From the IMG/VR virus record IMGVR_UViG_3300008952_002242, positions 1-64,000 of that record: 64,000 bases of DNA; one strand, given 5' to 3'. Shown here in pieces: positions 7,502 to 19,600 of this stretch (position 1 is its first letter; every line of letters starts with the position of its first letter). This DNA is from an uncultured virus (IMG/VR IMGVR_UViG_3300008952_002242) (lineage: Duplodnaviria > Heunggongvirae > Uroviricota > Caudoviricetes). Position numbers and translations under genes: made by a program. The notes under the pieces are model-generated. The model was given only the letters and a program-made list of their open reading frames with translations, made no database searches and was not told the DNA's origin.

Positions 7502-10500
7502 TTATGTTATTTTCAAAGCTCTACCTTCACCAGATACCGTTGTTGTATAAGCTGATGAAGTAAATTGTGTATCTAAACCCATTGGATCTTTTGTTGGATT
7601 AGTTCCATTGTGTTGAGTTCCTTTGTAAATTAAATTAACCAAAACATCTTTATTAGTTCTTGCGTTCATAAAATGATTTGATGGATAATAAATATTACCC
7701 TCAGAAGAACTAAAGTAACTTGTTCTACCAACCATTCTCCCATCTATTGAAGAATTTTCTTGATATAAAGTTAAATAACTATATCCCTGACCAGAATCAA
7801 TAAAATTGCGATTATAAAAATCTTTAAATTCATCATGTTTATTATTCTTTTGTCTAACTCCTGTTGTTCTACTAGCAGTTATTGGTATATAAAGTTCAGT
7901 ATCACCTATAGTTGGAAATGTAAATCTATCCTCATAACGATAAGTATTATAAGTACTACCAGTTCCAGGATTTGCAGATTTAAACCAAGTTTGATTTGGA
8001 CCCTTTCCATGATTTTTATAAAACTCATTCTTTGAACCTAATAAAAGATTGGTGAAATTGCTTGGTATTAAATCATAAACATTCTCTCTATATGAATTTG
8101 TTAAATCTACAGTATTTAATGAAACTGCATTCGATTTAATGGAAACTGTTTCTGAAGAAAGAGAATATATAGTATTACTTTTTATTTCTGCAGATTTAAT
8201 TTTATCATTTAATGTGGAACTGATAGTTAATTCTTCTGTTCCCGCCAAAACAGTTCCTTCTTTATAATTATTATTTAATGTAGATGATAGTGTTAACTCT
8301 TCATCGGTTACATCAACAATAGCATTTTTTACATTATTATTGAGAAATGTTTCTATATTTAATTTAGCAAAACTTGCACTACCAACAACTTGATTCGGAT
8401 TTAATTCAGTTTGTAATTTTGGATTTTTAAATTTATTTCTATACAATACATCATTCATTATATCATATGAAAAATTTAATTGTGTATTAGCCGGCATAAG
8501 TTCTTCAAGAACATCAACATCTATTAAACTAACAAAATTTTCTACGCTACTTAAATTACTTTGTACATCTACAGTAATCTGTGAATTTCCTATTAATGAT
8601 TTTCTTAATAATAATAAATCTCTATAAATATCAGATAATGTTGTATCATAATCTCCTATATGATTTTCCAAACTAAAATCAGGAATCATATTAAAAATTA
8701 ATGAATCTATTGCATTAACATATGATAAATTTGTACCAAAATTATTTGAAAAAATTCTACCAGGAGTTCCATCATAAGGTTGTGTCAAAGAATCAAAAAA
8801 TGGATTTAAACTTCCTTGAGAATATAATTCAGGATAAAGATTCATCATATTATTATTTAAAACATCACCAACACCACGAACAACAAATACATAAAAAGTC
8901 TGTTCTGTAGTTACAGTTCTAAAATTTAAATTATCTTGAGTTGTAAGTAAATGAGTATAATCCTGTACATTTAAAGGATTTGCATCATTAATAGTTAAAG
9001 ATGCTAAATCAGAATTTGTATCTGAATTTATATATCCTTCATTTAATTTATAACGATATATTATATCAGAAAAAGAAGCTGTTATATGACTACTAACCGT
9101 ACTTTCATAATTCAAAATATGTTGTTTAAATTTTGAAGAACTTAAATAACCACTCCAACCCCTAACCTCTGCAATTGAACCAGTTAAAGTTTCACCAATT
9201 AATAAATTTTGAGATCTTGTACCATCAGCTGCAATACTACCTGAATTTCTAAAATTCCTATTAGCCCTTTTCGCCATAACTTTACTTATACCATTACCGA
9301 TGGATGAAGATACCGACATACTAACTATGTGATAATTGGTTATCGCGTCATCATCTTTTCTACCAACAAACATCTGATAAGATTGACTTAATGGGAATCC
9401 ATCTTCAAAATCACTTCCAGAATTTCTTTGTAAAATTAAATTATAGATATTATCCCCAAATAAATTATCTATTAATGGTGTCTCCATACTAAAATGTGTA
9501 GTACCACTTCCATTCGCTGTCCTATTCAATCGAAATTGAATCTTACCTTTTGTTGTAGAAGTATTATGTTCTGGTATTAAATTTATATTCCACAAATCAT
9601 TATTAGAACCACTTAATCTCATCAAAGATTGTGTTACATTACTCGTCGGTTCTTCCGCATTAAAAACTAACTCCAAACCATTTGGTTCAGAACCACTGCA
9701 AAACCAATCAACACCAAATCTATTATTTCCAAAGTTCGCAGAACCAGAACTAACATTTAGCATCGAAAATGGTTTTATACTTTCAACAAATGTAATACTT
9801 CCAGTAGTTCCCCCTAATCCATCAAGTAAATCTTGTGCATCATTTGTAATTACAGTTGGATTATGTTCTTGTACAGAACCACCATATTCTCTTAATCCAA
9901 AAGAATCAGCATTAAAACCATATATATTTAATAATGATTTTATTGATTCTATAGAACCTTTTGTTTTGTAAATATAAATTAAATTATTTAATATTTTTTT
10001 CCAAGTTGCATCTATTGCATTTTTTGACCCTATTTCTTCTGTTTTATTTGTCTCAATATAATCAGACAAACTACTTGACATAGAAGAAATTAATTTCCAA
10101 CCAGAACTATCAGCTATAACTGGCAATAAATTATTTGGAACAGTATTTGGATTTTTATATCCCAATTTATAAAAATTTAAATAATTGTCTATATAATTTC
10201 TCAACAAATCAAATTCTTCCCCTAACATATTTACAAAATCACGAAGAGTTTTATGTTGATTATCTTCTCTTAAAAAGGAAGGTAAATTATTAACTAATGA
10301 ATGTATATTATCATTATCATAAAGTGAAGCCGAACTTAATGTTCCTGTATACCAACTATTCCATTCAGTTGAACCAGCATAACTACCAGATGGTGGTCTA
10401 TAAATTGGCGAAAATGGATGAGTGTTTGTTGGATCTTTATAAGTCACTCTTACATCACTCACATATGTTTCATAATTACCATTTTCTTTAATTCTTATTG

Positions 10501-12259
10501 GAAACAAATCTCCTTGTGGTAATACAGAACCAGTAACTTTTGTGAATGGATTCATCAATCCTTTTTCATCTACACGATTTGGAAAAAAATATGGAGTATG
10601 TTGACCAGAAGTATCCAATATACCATAAGCAAACCCATCACCCACACTTCCACTTATTGATGCAGATATCACATTTGAGCCCGATAAAATTTCGTAATCT
10701 TCATTAAGTTCAGCAACAGGCCAGGATATATTAATTATATTTTTATTTTCTACTGGTCTCCAATAATTTTGTTGAGCTTTAATAATATATCTTTTATATT
10801 CAGAACCAGTTGCTGTTGGATTTAAGAGTGTAGAACCACTAGCAGCTTCTTCTGGTAGAGTAACATTCTTATTATAAGTAAATTCAGATAAGGATCCATT
10901 ACCATATATTACATTTGAAGATGAGTTTTCAGTAATCAAATCATAAGTTGCATCCGAAGCTCTATCACCACTTAATATAAAAGATAAATAAACCCAATTA
11001 TTAGTATTATAAAATGGTGGTTCTGCTACATCATAAATATTTGTAAACATATGTAATGGAGCATTTGAACTTGTAAAATGATGTATCTTATCAAAACCAT
11101 CAAAATCTACACTACTTGTAACAAATCCAAACTTATTATCAAAATTACTTCCAGCTAAATTAACACCAAGTCCTGGAGCTGAAGCAGTTGAATAATTTTG
11201 ACCATCAGTATAGAGAAACCTTTCATAAGAAGTAAAATTACTTTCAATCTCCTTTATATCTTTAAATAATTTTTTTCTTTTATTTTTTATATCAACACTA
11301 CTACTCAGGTGTAATGTAAATGTTAAACTCCTATATAAACCTTCTAATTCTACAGCCTTATCTTTAAAGTTTTCTATCTTCGATACTGCTGATCCGAAAT
11401 ATATATGATTTTTAAATTCAGAATAATCTATATTTAAATTTAAATCTTTTTTATCTCTTTTAAAATCATCAATTATTCCTCCACCAAATGAGCCAGTAAT
11501 TGTACCGTAAGATTCATAACCTACATCATTCAAAGTTTCTTCTGGATCACCGCTAACATCTACTTCTAATGCTTTAGCTCTTATTGCTAAACTTTCAACA
11601 TCAGCTAAAAATATTTCTTGAGTTTGTGTCGGTAGAAATTTTCTTACAATTTTAAAATCTTGATATAATCTTCCTATTTGATTTGATAACGGATTATTTA
11701 ATTTAAAAATTAAAGTTGGATTGGGTTGTCCCTGTAAGTTTTCGGTTTCATAATCTTCCGGAAATATATGTGTAAACCTATCTTCAGCAAATGAATTTAT
11801 AGGTATATATTCATTATCTGGTAATTCAATAAACCCATCGAATCTATACTGTCCATCATTATCATGTAATACAGCATAAGTAGTTGAAATAAATGATTCA
11901 TTTGATACAACGCCCTCGTCTTTACTTCTTACTCTTATCTCTTTTCTAGTTGAAGAAACCTCATCAATATATGTAGCAACCTCTATTCTTTGTATAAAAT
12001 CATATTGTAATTCATAATCACCTTGAAAAAATCCACCCTCATCAAGCTTATCATTTGGTTTTAATATTATGACATCTTCTCCCCCTCTTTTAATATAATA
12101 ATCTTTATCTTCTTCTAATACAAAACTATCCCGATAAATTCCATTACTATATACTGATAACTTTATTTTAAAATCCGGTTCAAATACTGGTAAAGTGCGT
12201 GCCTCACTTCCAGAAATTACTGACATAACATCAGAATTATATGTGTATTTAATATCCAT
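7502..12259 (-). CDS. large baseplate wedge protein (P2 gpI/T4 gp7-like motif) with a LamG-like region
   Basis: LPSFLRED...FVNMLGEEFD...LLPVIADSSGW...IYKTKGSIESIKSLLNIYG; GSIAEVRGW LamG-type end. Confidence 0.65.
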   Translation of the reverse strand: MDIKYTYNSDVMSVISGSEARTLPVFEPDFKIKLSVYSNGIYRDSFVLEEDKDYYIKRGGEDVIILKPNDKLDEGGFFQGDYELQYDFIQRIEVATYIDEVSSTRKEIRVRSKDEGVVSNESFISTTYAVLHDNDGQYRFDGFIELPDNEYIPINSFAEDRFTHIFPEDYETENLQGQPNPTLIFKLNNPLSNQIGRLYQDFKIVRKFLPTQTQEIFLADVESLAIRAKALEVDVSGDPEETLNDVGYESYGTITGSFGGGIIDDFKRDKKDLNLNIDYSEFKNHIYFGSAVSKIENFKDKAVELEGLYRSLTFTLHLSSSVDIKNKRKKLFKDIKEIESNFTSYERFLYTDGQNYSTASAPGLGVNLAGSNFDNKFGFVTSSVDFDGFDKIHHFTSSNAPLHMFTNIYDVAEPPFYNTNNWVYLSFILSGDRASDATYDLITENSSSNVIYGNGSLSEFTYNKNVTLPEEAASGSTLLNPTATGSEYKRYIIKAQQNYWRPVENKNIINISWPVAELNEDYEILSGSNVISASISGSVGDGFAYGILDTSGQHTPYFFPNRVDEKGLMNPFTKVTGSVLPQGDLFPIRIKENGNYETYVSDVRVTYKDPTNTHPFSPIYRPPSGSYAGSTEWNSWYTGTLSSASLYDNDNIHSLVNNLPSFLREDNQHKTLRDFVNMLGEEFDLLRNYIDNYLNFYKLGYKNPNTVPNNLLPVIADSSGWKLISSMSSSLSDYIETNKTEEIGSKNAIDATWKKILNNLIYIYKTKGSIESIKSLLNIYGFNADSFGLREYGGSVQEHNPTVITNDAQDLLDGLGGTTGSITFVESIKPFSMLNVSSGSANFGNNRFGVDWFCSGSEPNGLELVFNAEEPTSNVTQSLMRLSGSNNDLWNINLIPEHNTSTTKGKIQFRLNRTANGSGTTHFSMETPLIDNLFGDNIYNLILQRNSGSDFEDGFPLSQSYQMFVGRKDDDAITNYHIVSMSVSSSIGNGISKVMAKRANRNFRNSGSIAADGTRSQNLLIGETLTGSIAEVRGWSGYLSSSKFKQHILNYESTVSSHITASFSDIIYRYKLNEGYINSDTNSDLASLTINDANPLNVQDYTHLLTTQDNLNFRTVTTEQTFYVFVVRGVGDVLNNNMMNLYPELYSQGSLNPFFDSLTQPYDGTPGRIFSNNFGTNLSYVNAIDSLIFNMIPDFSLENHIGDYDTTLSDIYRDLLLLRKSLIGNSQITVDVQSNLSSVENFVSLIDVDVLEELMPANTQLNFSYDIMNDVLYRNKFKNPKLQTELNPNQVVGSASFAKLNIETFLNNNVKNAIVDVTDEELTLSSTLNNNYKEGTVLAGTEELTISSTLNDKIKSAEIKSNTIYSLSSETVSIKSNAVSLNTVDLTNSYRENVYDLIPSNFTNLLLGSKNEFYKNHGKGPNQTWFKSANPGTGSTYNTYRYEDRFTFPTIGDTELYIPITASRTTGVRQKNNKHDEFKDFYNRNFIDSGQGYSYLTLYQENSSIDGRMVGRTSYFSSSEGNIYYPSNHFMNARTNKDVLVNLIYKGTQHNGTNPTKDPMGLDTQFTSSAYTTTVSGEGRALKIT

Positions 12260-15200
12260 TAAAATGCTTGATTATCTATATTTGTTTCTACTTGTGGTGT
12301 ATTCATAATTCCTTTTTTTCTAATCGGTTTTTCTTTTTCTTTCTTTTCCAATTCATAATCGCCAATCAGAACTGCAGTTTTATTAGTTCCTGTTGTATTA
12401 CTCAAGGTTATAAAATCTCTTTTTTGTGAATTTAATTCCAATGAAGTCTCTCGTTTAAAATAGTTATCAGTCTTATCTATAAATATATTGGTTATCAAAC
12501 TATTATCTTCTCCACTACCTGTGGCATGAAAACTTCCAGTCATATCACCCAATCTTTTTACCCCCCTAAAATTTCTCACAGTACCCAAATCAATTTTGCC
12601 AGGATTCTTTCCAAACATACCATCATTATATTTTTTTAGAAAATCATCAGTAGAATTTTTTGATAGATAATCATCTCTACTGTATAAATCATACTCATTT
12701 ATTTTTTTTGAACTTATTATATATTTAGAATCTTCACTCAATCCACCAATTATTGCTTGATTCTCTTTAACTGGCAAAAAATTAAACTCTGTACCACCGA
12801 ATATTTCAAAATCTTGTATTGTTATATTTCCATCATTTATTATAATATTTTTTGTTAATAATGACATTTCAACTAAAAATTCCTGATCGGCTGTATATCT
12901 ATATACTATTAGTTTAATTCTTTTTATACCAGAAGTTGTATAAGTATGTTTAGATATATCTTGTATTGGTTTACTATTAAGTTGATTTAAAACAAAAATT
13001 TTAGTATCATACTCACTAATCCCCTCTGAACCACTTATAAAAAATTCTGAATAATGATCTTCTAATTGTATATCTTTAGATACTTCTTCTTCATCACCCC
13101 ATTCTTGCACATAATATCTATAAACACATTCTTGTGCGCTCATTGAAGTACACTCGAGTGTAGAATCACTTTCGTTTAAATATGTATGTATATATTCACC
13201 AATACCTGGAAAATGTTCTGTATAAGTTTTTTCTGTTGCTAAAGTATTAGGATATGATGCTACTGTACCATCTATATATAAATCTACATTTAAATTTACT
13301 TCTACTGGATATGATGTTTTCATATATAATGATGATGTTACATTGTAATTTAAAAATGGCTCTTCCTCCACATTTACTACATTAACCACATAAGTTGCAG
13401 GTGAATGATTTACTGCATATGTATTTTTTCTATTATAAAAAGGGAAGTTTAAATTCCCCCCCAATTTACTAGCTTCAATTATATTTTGATCCATATAAGT
13501 TTTAATTAAATTTGAATTAGGATGAACATCAAATAATTGTAATTTGTCATCATAAAAATCAAATAATAAATCACTTTCCTGTATATTAATATCACTGGAG
13601 ATCACTGGAGGGAATACACCACCATAAGATATATTTCCAGCATAATCATATTTTAATATAGGAGAATTTGTTGTTGAATAACCAGATCCTCCTATTGTTT
13701 CTTCTTGCATAGCTATATCTAAATAAGGTCTATCCCAATCTAAAATTTCTTGATAAATTTCTTGTCTTTTTGTGAATACCCAATTTTTATCCGTCCACCA
13801 CTGCCAACCCCCATACATACTATCAGTACTATTTACTCCGAAATTATGATTGTAATTAACAACCCAAGGAGTTTTTAATTTAAATGAACATAAACCAAAT
13901 TCATCAACTAATCCGTTGTCAGACTCAGCTGTTGAATATTTTGAAGCAAAAAGAACATTAATAGTTAATCCATCATCATTAAAATTAAAATCTACTGGAG
14001 TTCTTCCAATAAATTTAGCATTTACAAAATCACCTTGAGTATAACTCTCATATGTAAAATGATAGTTATCAACTGAAGCATCTTCCGGAACAGAACCTTT
14101 GATAGTCTGAAAATTTTCTGATGTTGAATACCAAAGTGGATTATCAAACATTTCATTATCTTGTTCAAAAATCATCAATGGAAAATGTCTATTTAAAACA
14201 TTATGCCAATCAGGAAATGCATAAAAATCATGCTGAATTCTATCATCAAATTGTTGATTAACAACTGATGGGGCTACTTTTTCTAGTAGAAAAGGCACCA
14301 TTCTATCCGCGTATCCAATCTGCCCTAATCCATGCTCACCTATATTGTTCGGGTCGGCTAAATTTCCCCCCTCATTCTCAGGAGTACCAGCAGCACCTTT
14401 GCGATAATCTAAAAAATCTGGAGATGGGCCGTTACCAACAAAATCAGTTCTATTTAAATCAAATGGATTATGTAAATCAATTTGTATTATAGTAGCATCA
14501 GCATTACAAGCATATTTCCTATCACCATCATACGCCCCGCCTGCTGCGTCGGTGACTTCCCAACCGGTTGTTCCACCACATAATATATAAAGTTTATTTC
14601 CATTATCCCCAAATTTAATTTTATGTGGTTTGCTTGGTAAAGCTGAAGAGTAAAATGCTCCAGGGCTTGGATAGTCAATATCACCCCCACCATTAACTTC
14701 CATCCATGGAAACAAATCCCCCTCAGTCTGAGTATTTAATCCCCATGGGCCAAAATAAAAAGTACCAGCACCCCAACCAGTTGTAATCACACCTGCCCCC
14801 TCAGCCGGTGGATTAAAATTATTAAATGGAATTTCCAATAATATCCATTGTCTAGGCCAATATCCCGCATCCCCCATAATATTATTATTCAGAAAGTGTT
14901 CCATCGTTTCTATCAATAAAAATAATTTATTCCCATCATCAGAAAAAGCAAAAGCAGTACACACCGTATTAAGTTTTAATAGATTAGTGCTATACAGACT
15001 TGTGTGGTGAAAATTGGTAAGTTCAGTTTGAACAAATTCTTCAACCAGATCAAAAGCATATTCTTCAGTTAAATTAGAAGAGTCCCAACCAGAACCAGCC
15101 AGCTTTGTATAATGATGAATTTTATTTTTACTTATAGCAAACATTTCAGTATCAGATTTAATCCATGTATCTCTAAACCAATCAGCACCCATATTATAAT

Positions 15201-15483
15201 CAAACCCAAATCCTTCGTGTACTTCTGGTAAAGATGGCAAATTTTGATGATATGGATATGGATTTTGTAAACCTAATATATCATTTTGTCTTGTTTCAGA
15301 TCCAAATGGGATAGATCCTAAAGATATCCAATATTGTGCATTTTTACTTTTGTAATCTTCCCAATTACCCAAACTAAATTCTTCCAAATTATCAAAACCT
15401 ATCCCATTTAATTTATCATCTACATCATGATAAATTCCTGGTTTATCAGGATTTGGGAAATTATCGTATTTTATAAATCCCAT
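12259..15483 (-). CDS. large virion structural/receptor-binding protein
   Basis: Propeller-like FSDDGNKLF/FGDNGNKLY/FNDDGLTI repeats; PKD-like WGD...HTYTTSG; ends QAF. Confidence 0.5.
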   Translation of the reverse strand: MGFIKYDNFPNPDKPGIYHDVDDKLNGIGFDNLEEFSLGNWEDYKSKNAQYWISLGSIPFGSETRQNDILGLQNPYPYHQNLPSLPEVHEGFGFDYNMGADWFRDTWIKSDTEMFAISKNKIHHYTKLAGSGWDSSNLTEEYAFDLVEEFVQTELTNFHHTSLYSTNLLKLNTVCTAFAFSDDGNKLFLLIETMEHFLNNNIMGDAGYWPRQWILLEIPFNNFNPPAEGAGVITTGWGAGTFYFGPWGLNTQTEGDLFPWMEVNGGGDIDYPSPGAFYSSALPSKPHKIKFGDNGNKLYILCGGTTGWEVTDAAGGAYDGDRKYACNADATIIQIDLHNPFDLNRTDFVGNGPSPDFLDYRKGAAGTPENEGGNLADPNNIGEHGLGQIGYADRMVPFLLEKVAPSVVNQQFDDRIQHDFYAFPDWHNVLNRHFPLMIFEQDNEMFDNPLWYSTSENFQTIKGSVPEDASVDNYHFTYESYTQGDFVNAKFIGRTPVDFNFNDDGLTINVLFASKYSTAESDNGLVDEFGLCSFKLKTPWVVNYNHNFGVNSTDSMYGGWQWWTDKNWVFTKRQEIYQEILDWDRPYLDIAMQEETIGGSGYSTTNSPILKYDYAGNISYGGVFPPVISSDINIQESDLLFDFYDDKLQLFDVHPNSNLIKTYMDQNIIEASKLGGNLNFPFYNRKNTYAVNHSPATYVVNVVNVEEEPFLNYNVTSSLYMKTSYPVEVNLNVDLYIDGTVASYPNTLATEKTYTEHFPGIGEYIHTYLNESDSTLECTSMSAQECVYRYYVQEWGDEEEVSKDIQLEDHYSEFFISGSEGISEYDTKIFVLNQLNSKPIQDISKHTYTTSGIKRIKLIVYRYTADQEFLVEMSLLTKNIIINDGNITIQDFEIFGGTEFNFLPVKENQAIIGGLSEDSKYIISSKKINEYDLYSRDDYLSKNSTDDFLKKYNDGMFGKNPGKIDLGTVRNFRGVKRLGDMTGSFHATGSGEDNSLITNIFIDKTDNYFKRETSLELNSQKRDFITLSNTTGTNKTAVLIGDYELEKKEKEKPIRKKGIMNTPQVETNIDNQAF

Positions 15484-16643
15484 TAAAATGCCTGTTCAGT
15501 ATTTTTCTTCATTAACAGCTCAATATTATCTTTTTGTTTCTTCTCAACTCTTATAGTATCATCAAGCCCAACAATAAAATCAAAAGTACCAATAATTTCA
15601 AATTGTGATGTCCTATCAATCAAATCATCAACTGTATCTTGATTAAAATCAATATCTAAAATTAAATCATCATCTACTTCATTTAGATTTGTAATTGGTG
15701 CTACTATATCATCACCATCCCAAGAAAATTTACTCCCATAAAATCTTTTATCTGGCTGATTTACAAAATGACCATCACTCCCAGTATCATTCATAAAAAT
15801 ACCAACTTTATTTATTTTAGGTAATGCTGGCCATTTATTATTAACCCAATCTTGTGTAGCAGATTCATCTATGGTATATTCTTTAAACTCATCAACCAAA
15901 GCCTTAGAGCCTGATATTGGTTCTCTAAAGACATCATATTCAATTCCTTCTTTCTCAGTCCAACTCCACTCCTTTGGAATTATATTATTCCAATCGAAGC
16001 CACTATCATCATTTTGAAAACCCAACTGCTTCCACATTGGTTGTACACCATTATATACTTTACAACTACCAACATCTACATTATTCAAACCTGTAGTTTT
16101 TAATATATCACCATATTTTTTTGATATATAATTATTATGTATTAAAGTTTCTCCATCATAAATAGGATCAGTATAATCATCTAAATGTATATTATATAGA
16201 TTACTATCAAATTTCATAATAGTATTCAATATATTTATTTTATCAAATTCATTGTATTCCTTTAACTCAACCATCGGTATTTTCAATTCTTTATTCATAT
16301 TATATCCAGCAAGCATTAACATTGTTTTAAAATATGCTGAGTTTTCTTTATATCCACCAACCATAGCAAAGTTTTTATTTTGAAAAAATGGAGAATCATA
16401 TGCATCTGATTGATTAACTATTATGTTTGATTTAAATTTTTCCCACGACTTTATTTTTTCACCACCCCAAGATGTACCTGTTTCTTTTAGAAAAATTATA
16501 GCATTAATAATATAAAATCCAGGTTTTTCATATACATGATTAAATACATCTATCCCATCATATAATAGTTTTGGTTTACTTACAAAATCTTTTGGTGTAT
16601 TATCACCCCAATCCAAATTTGTTATATAGAATTCTGATGCCAT
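15483..16643 (-). CDS. virion structural protein, paralog of the C-terminal module of 12259..15483
   Basis: DWGD...HVYEKPG, AMVGG, DVGSCKVYNG, ends EQAF. Confidence 0.5.
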   Translation of the reverse strand: MASEFYITNLDWGDNTPKDFVSKPKLLYDGIDVFNHVYEKPGFYIINAIIFLKETGTSWGGEKIKSWEKFKSNIIVNQSDAYDSPFFQNKNFAMVGGYKENSAYFKTMLMLAGYNMNKELKIPMVELKEYNEFDKINILNTIMKFDSNLYNIHLDDYTDPIYDGETLIHNNYISKKYGDILKTTGLNNVDVGSCKVYNGVQPMWKQLGFQNDDSGFDWNNIIPKEWSWTEKEGIEYDVFREPISGSKALVDEFKEYTIDESATQDWVNNKWPALPKINKVGIFMNDTGSDGHFVNQPDKRFYGSKFSWDGDDIVAPITNLNEVDDDLILDIDFNQDTVDDLIDRTSQFEIIGTFDFIVGLDDTIRVEKKQKDNIELLMKKNTEQAF

Positions 16644-16644
16644 C

Positions 16645-19600
16645 TTACTGCAACCCGTACATAGCCTTAAACGTTACATCCCCAGTTACATTTTGTATTA
16701 TTGTTGTTTGCATATTTGATTCAAATAGCGAATCATCAAAATTACCAGCTCCAGATACAACATTCCAACCCATAAAGTTATACCATTCTATTGGATCACT
16801 TCCTAAAACTCTTCTTGGAGTAGTTGATAAAGTTAAACTATTACCCTCAGCAACACCATCAAAGTTAATATGGTATTGGGATGGTGGGAATGTTATCAAT
16901 CCAGGATGATAAGTACTTCCCTCATAAATCACACTATAATATCCATAATCCCACCACTCATCAGGATCCGGATCAGTAATCCACTGCCCATCACAGGTAA
17001 CATTAATATTAAAGTACACCGTTGGTTCAACCTCAACATAATTAGCTACTAAATTTATATGCCCCGTTGAATTTGCCTCAACTACTACATCGGTGGATGT
17101 ATTACCATTGGGAAAATTTACATTCTGCGCCGTAGTGCCGCTGCCCACCACCCACTGGTTTAATTGAAAATCTCCACCCGGTTGTGGACTACCGAAAACA
17201 TTAAAAGTCCAACTAGTAACTGGTTCACCTAACTCATCCGTATCATCTACAGAACCCACATAATCCGGTCCAGATGGGAATCCCCAACCTGGTGGATTAG
17301 CTGTATAATCAACAGTTAATGCAGCACCCTCTTCTTCTTGATCGTAATCATCCCCTCCCATGTAAAGCCAATGACCAATAAAGGTGGTGTCGCCAGTTAT
17401 ATTAAATATTTTAAATCTAGAATATGCTGCAGTCTCTACCCAATTATTTTGTGTAATTGGAATTTCTATTGTTGGATCAGTTGAATCGTGGACATGATCT
17501 TGCCAATCAATACTAAGCATAACTTGAGGGTGAACATTCCATTTATGTTCATCAACCCACTCATCACTAAACATAGATGAAACACTTATATTTATATTGT
17601 TATACGATCCCCCATTAACATATAATCGATCAAATACTTCATATTGTTGCCTTCCAGAAAAAGAAACAGTAACCTTTGCAGTACTATTATGTGGAAAAAT
17701 TGCCCCATGACCAGTTAAAGGTATTGAATCTGCATTCTCAACACCTACATTTCCAGAAACATTCTGAGTAGGATCAGACATTACTTCATATGCTGTTGGA
17801 ACCAACCAACCTTCTCCAATAAATTTCCAATGATACAAAAGTTCTTCATCATTAGTATACTCTTCAGGATCAGTTGCTAACCAAGCATAATACAGTCTAC
17901 CTTCAGCCCCAGACCAAAGATCAGTCCGATAAATATAAGGAAGAGCATCGGTTGGTGATAAACTTGACGCGGCCCACACCGGCTGTCCTATAATTCGTGG
18001 ATCTGAAGTTGTATCTTTCGCACCAACATTAAATAATTCTGTAGGGGGATAATATGGGTTTTCACCATCACTTTGCGGATCGCTGTCAAAAACTGGTCTA
18101 TCTATATGTGGATTAAAATATGTATTTGTTGGTCTTCCAGGCTCTCTCTTAACGAGCTTTAAACTTACTTTACCTTCAGTTGTTGCTTCATATTCCTCTC
18201 TTTGTAAATCTTTATCATAATAAAAACACAATGGATAGGATTTATCATCTTTAACTTTAAATGCTAATGCGTCAACCGAAAAAGATTGTACTGATGGAAT
18301 TATAAAGTCCACATCATCACCATATACTGATGGGTAAGCTTCGGATGAAGTTATCAATGAATCAGCTAATTGTAAATTTTCATCACTCATTTGTGATGTG
18401 TATGTTATTTCATCAAAAGTTTGTTTTTCCCAAAAATCTCTATTGTTTTCAATATAAGTTCCTAAAGGAAATCTGTTATCATAAATAACTGGAGTTGTTA
18501 TATTAGGATTGGTTGTTGAGAATAAATAATCTCTACCCTGCCATGGCTGTCTAACTATATCATAATAATCCAACACTTGCTGAACTTCTGGTTTAGTGGT
18601 TGTAAAATTAAATTGAATATCCTCATCAAAAACTTCATGAAAAGATGTAGAAACTATGTTTTCCGAATAGTATGTGAGGTCTAGTCTTTCAACACTTTCA
18701 ACTGTTTCTGTTATTATGTCTTGAGTATAACCTATAGAATAGGTTGCCGGCGAATAATCTGATATTCTATATCCAACTTGTGTAATATTCTCTGAATCCC
18801 CGAATCCATTAAAAGGACTTTCCCAAGTGCTTAATTGTTCAGTAGTTAATTCTAATTCAAACCAATAAGGATTTGTAGTATCTGGTGGTTGTACTGGCCA
18901 TTCATTAACTACTCCATCAAAAATTTGTGGGCTTTCCAATTGGAAAGCATTTTGTATAGATGTTGGTATAGGTATTTCTATATGATAAGTGCTTCCAAGA
19001 ACATAATCCCACCACGAGTTATTTTCAGAATTATTGTCCGAATCTGCGAATGGACTAAACCAAGCCCTTCGTACAATTTCTGCTCCTGGTCCAGAAATCC
19101 ACACCCAGCCATACATCGGTGGCGTTGTCATGTTATTTGGATTAACACCACCCCCATAATATTGCCCATTAGTTAGCCATTGATAACCCCAAAGATTTCC
19201 ACCAGAATCAGTAAAATATTCCGGATCCCATGGACCTGCGGATGGGTATGTTCCAGGAGGTGTAGTGCCCGTCACCCACATCCACCCGAATACCGGAGGA
19301 GTGGTCAGATTCCACTCCTCCCCCTCTGGTACATCATAACCAGCCGCCCCATTAGTTAACCACGCATATTGCCATGTATTACCATTATTATCTACAAATT
19401 GTGTTGGTTCTTCCCAACTTGGATTTTCAGGTAAATCACCAACTGGAGCATTATTACCATATTCCCCAGTTACAGATGGATTATCTGGCATATTGAGATG
19501 TTCGGTAGTGACTTTAAAAACTCCTCCTGCCCCATCATAAGGTATAACAAGAGGAAAAAGTTCTGTAAAAGGTTCTCCTGATGAAGAATCTCCTACTACA

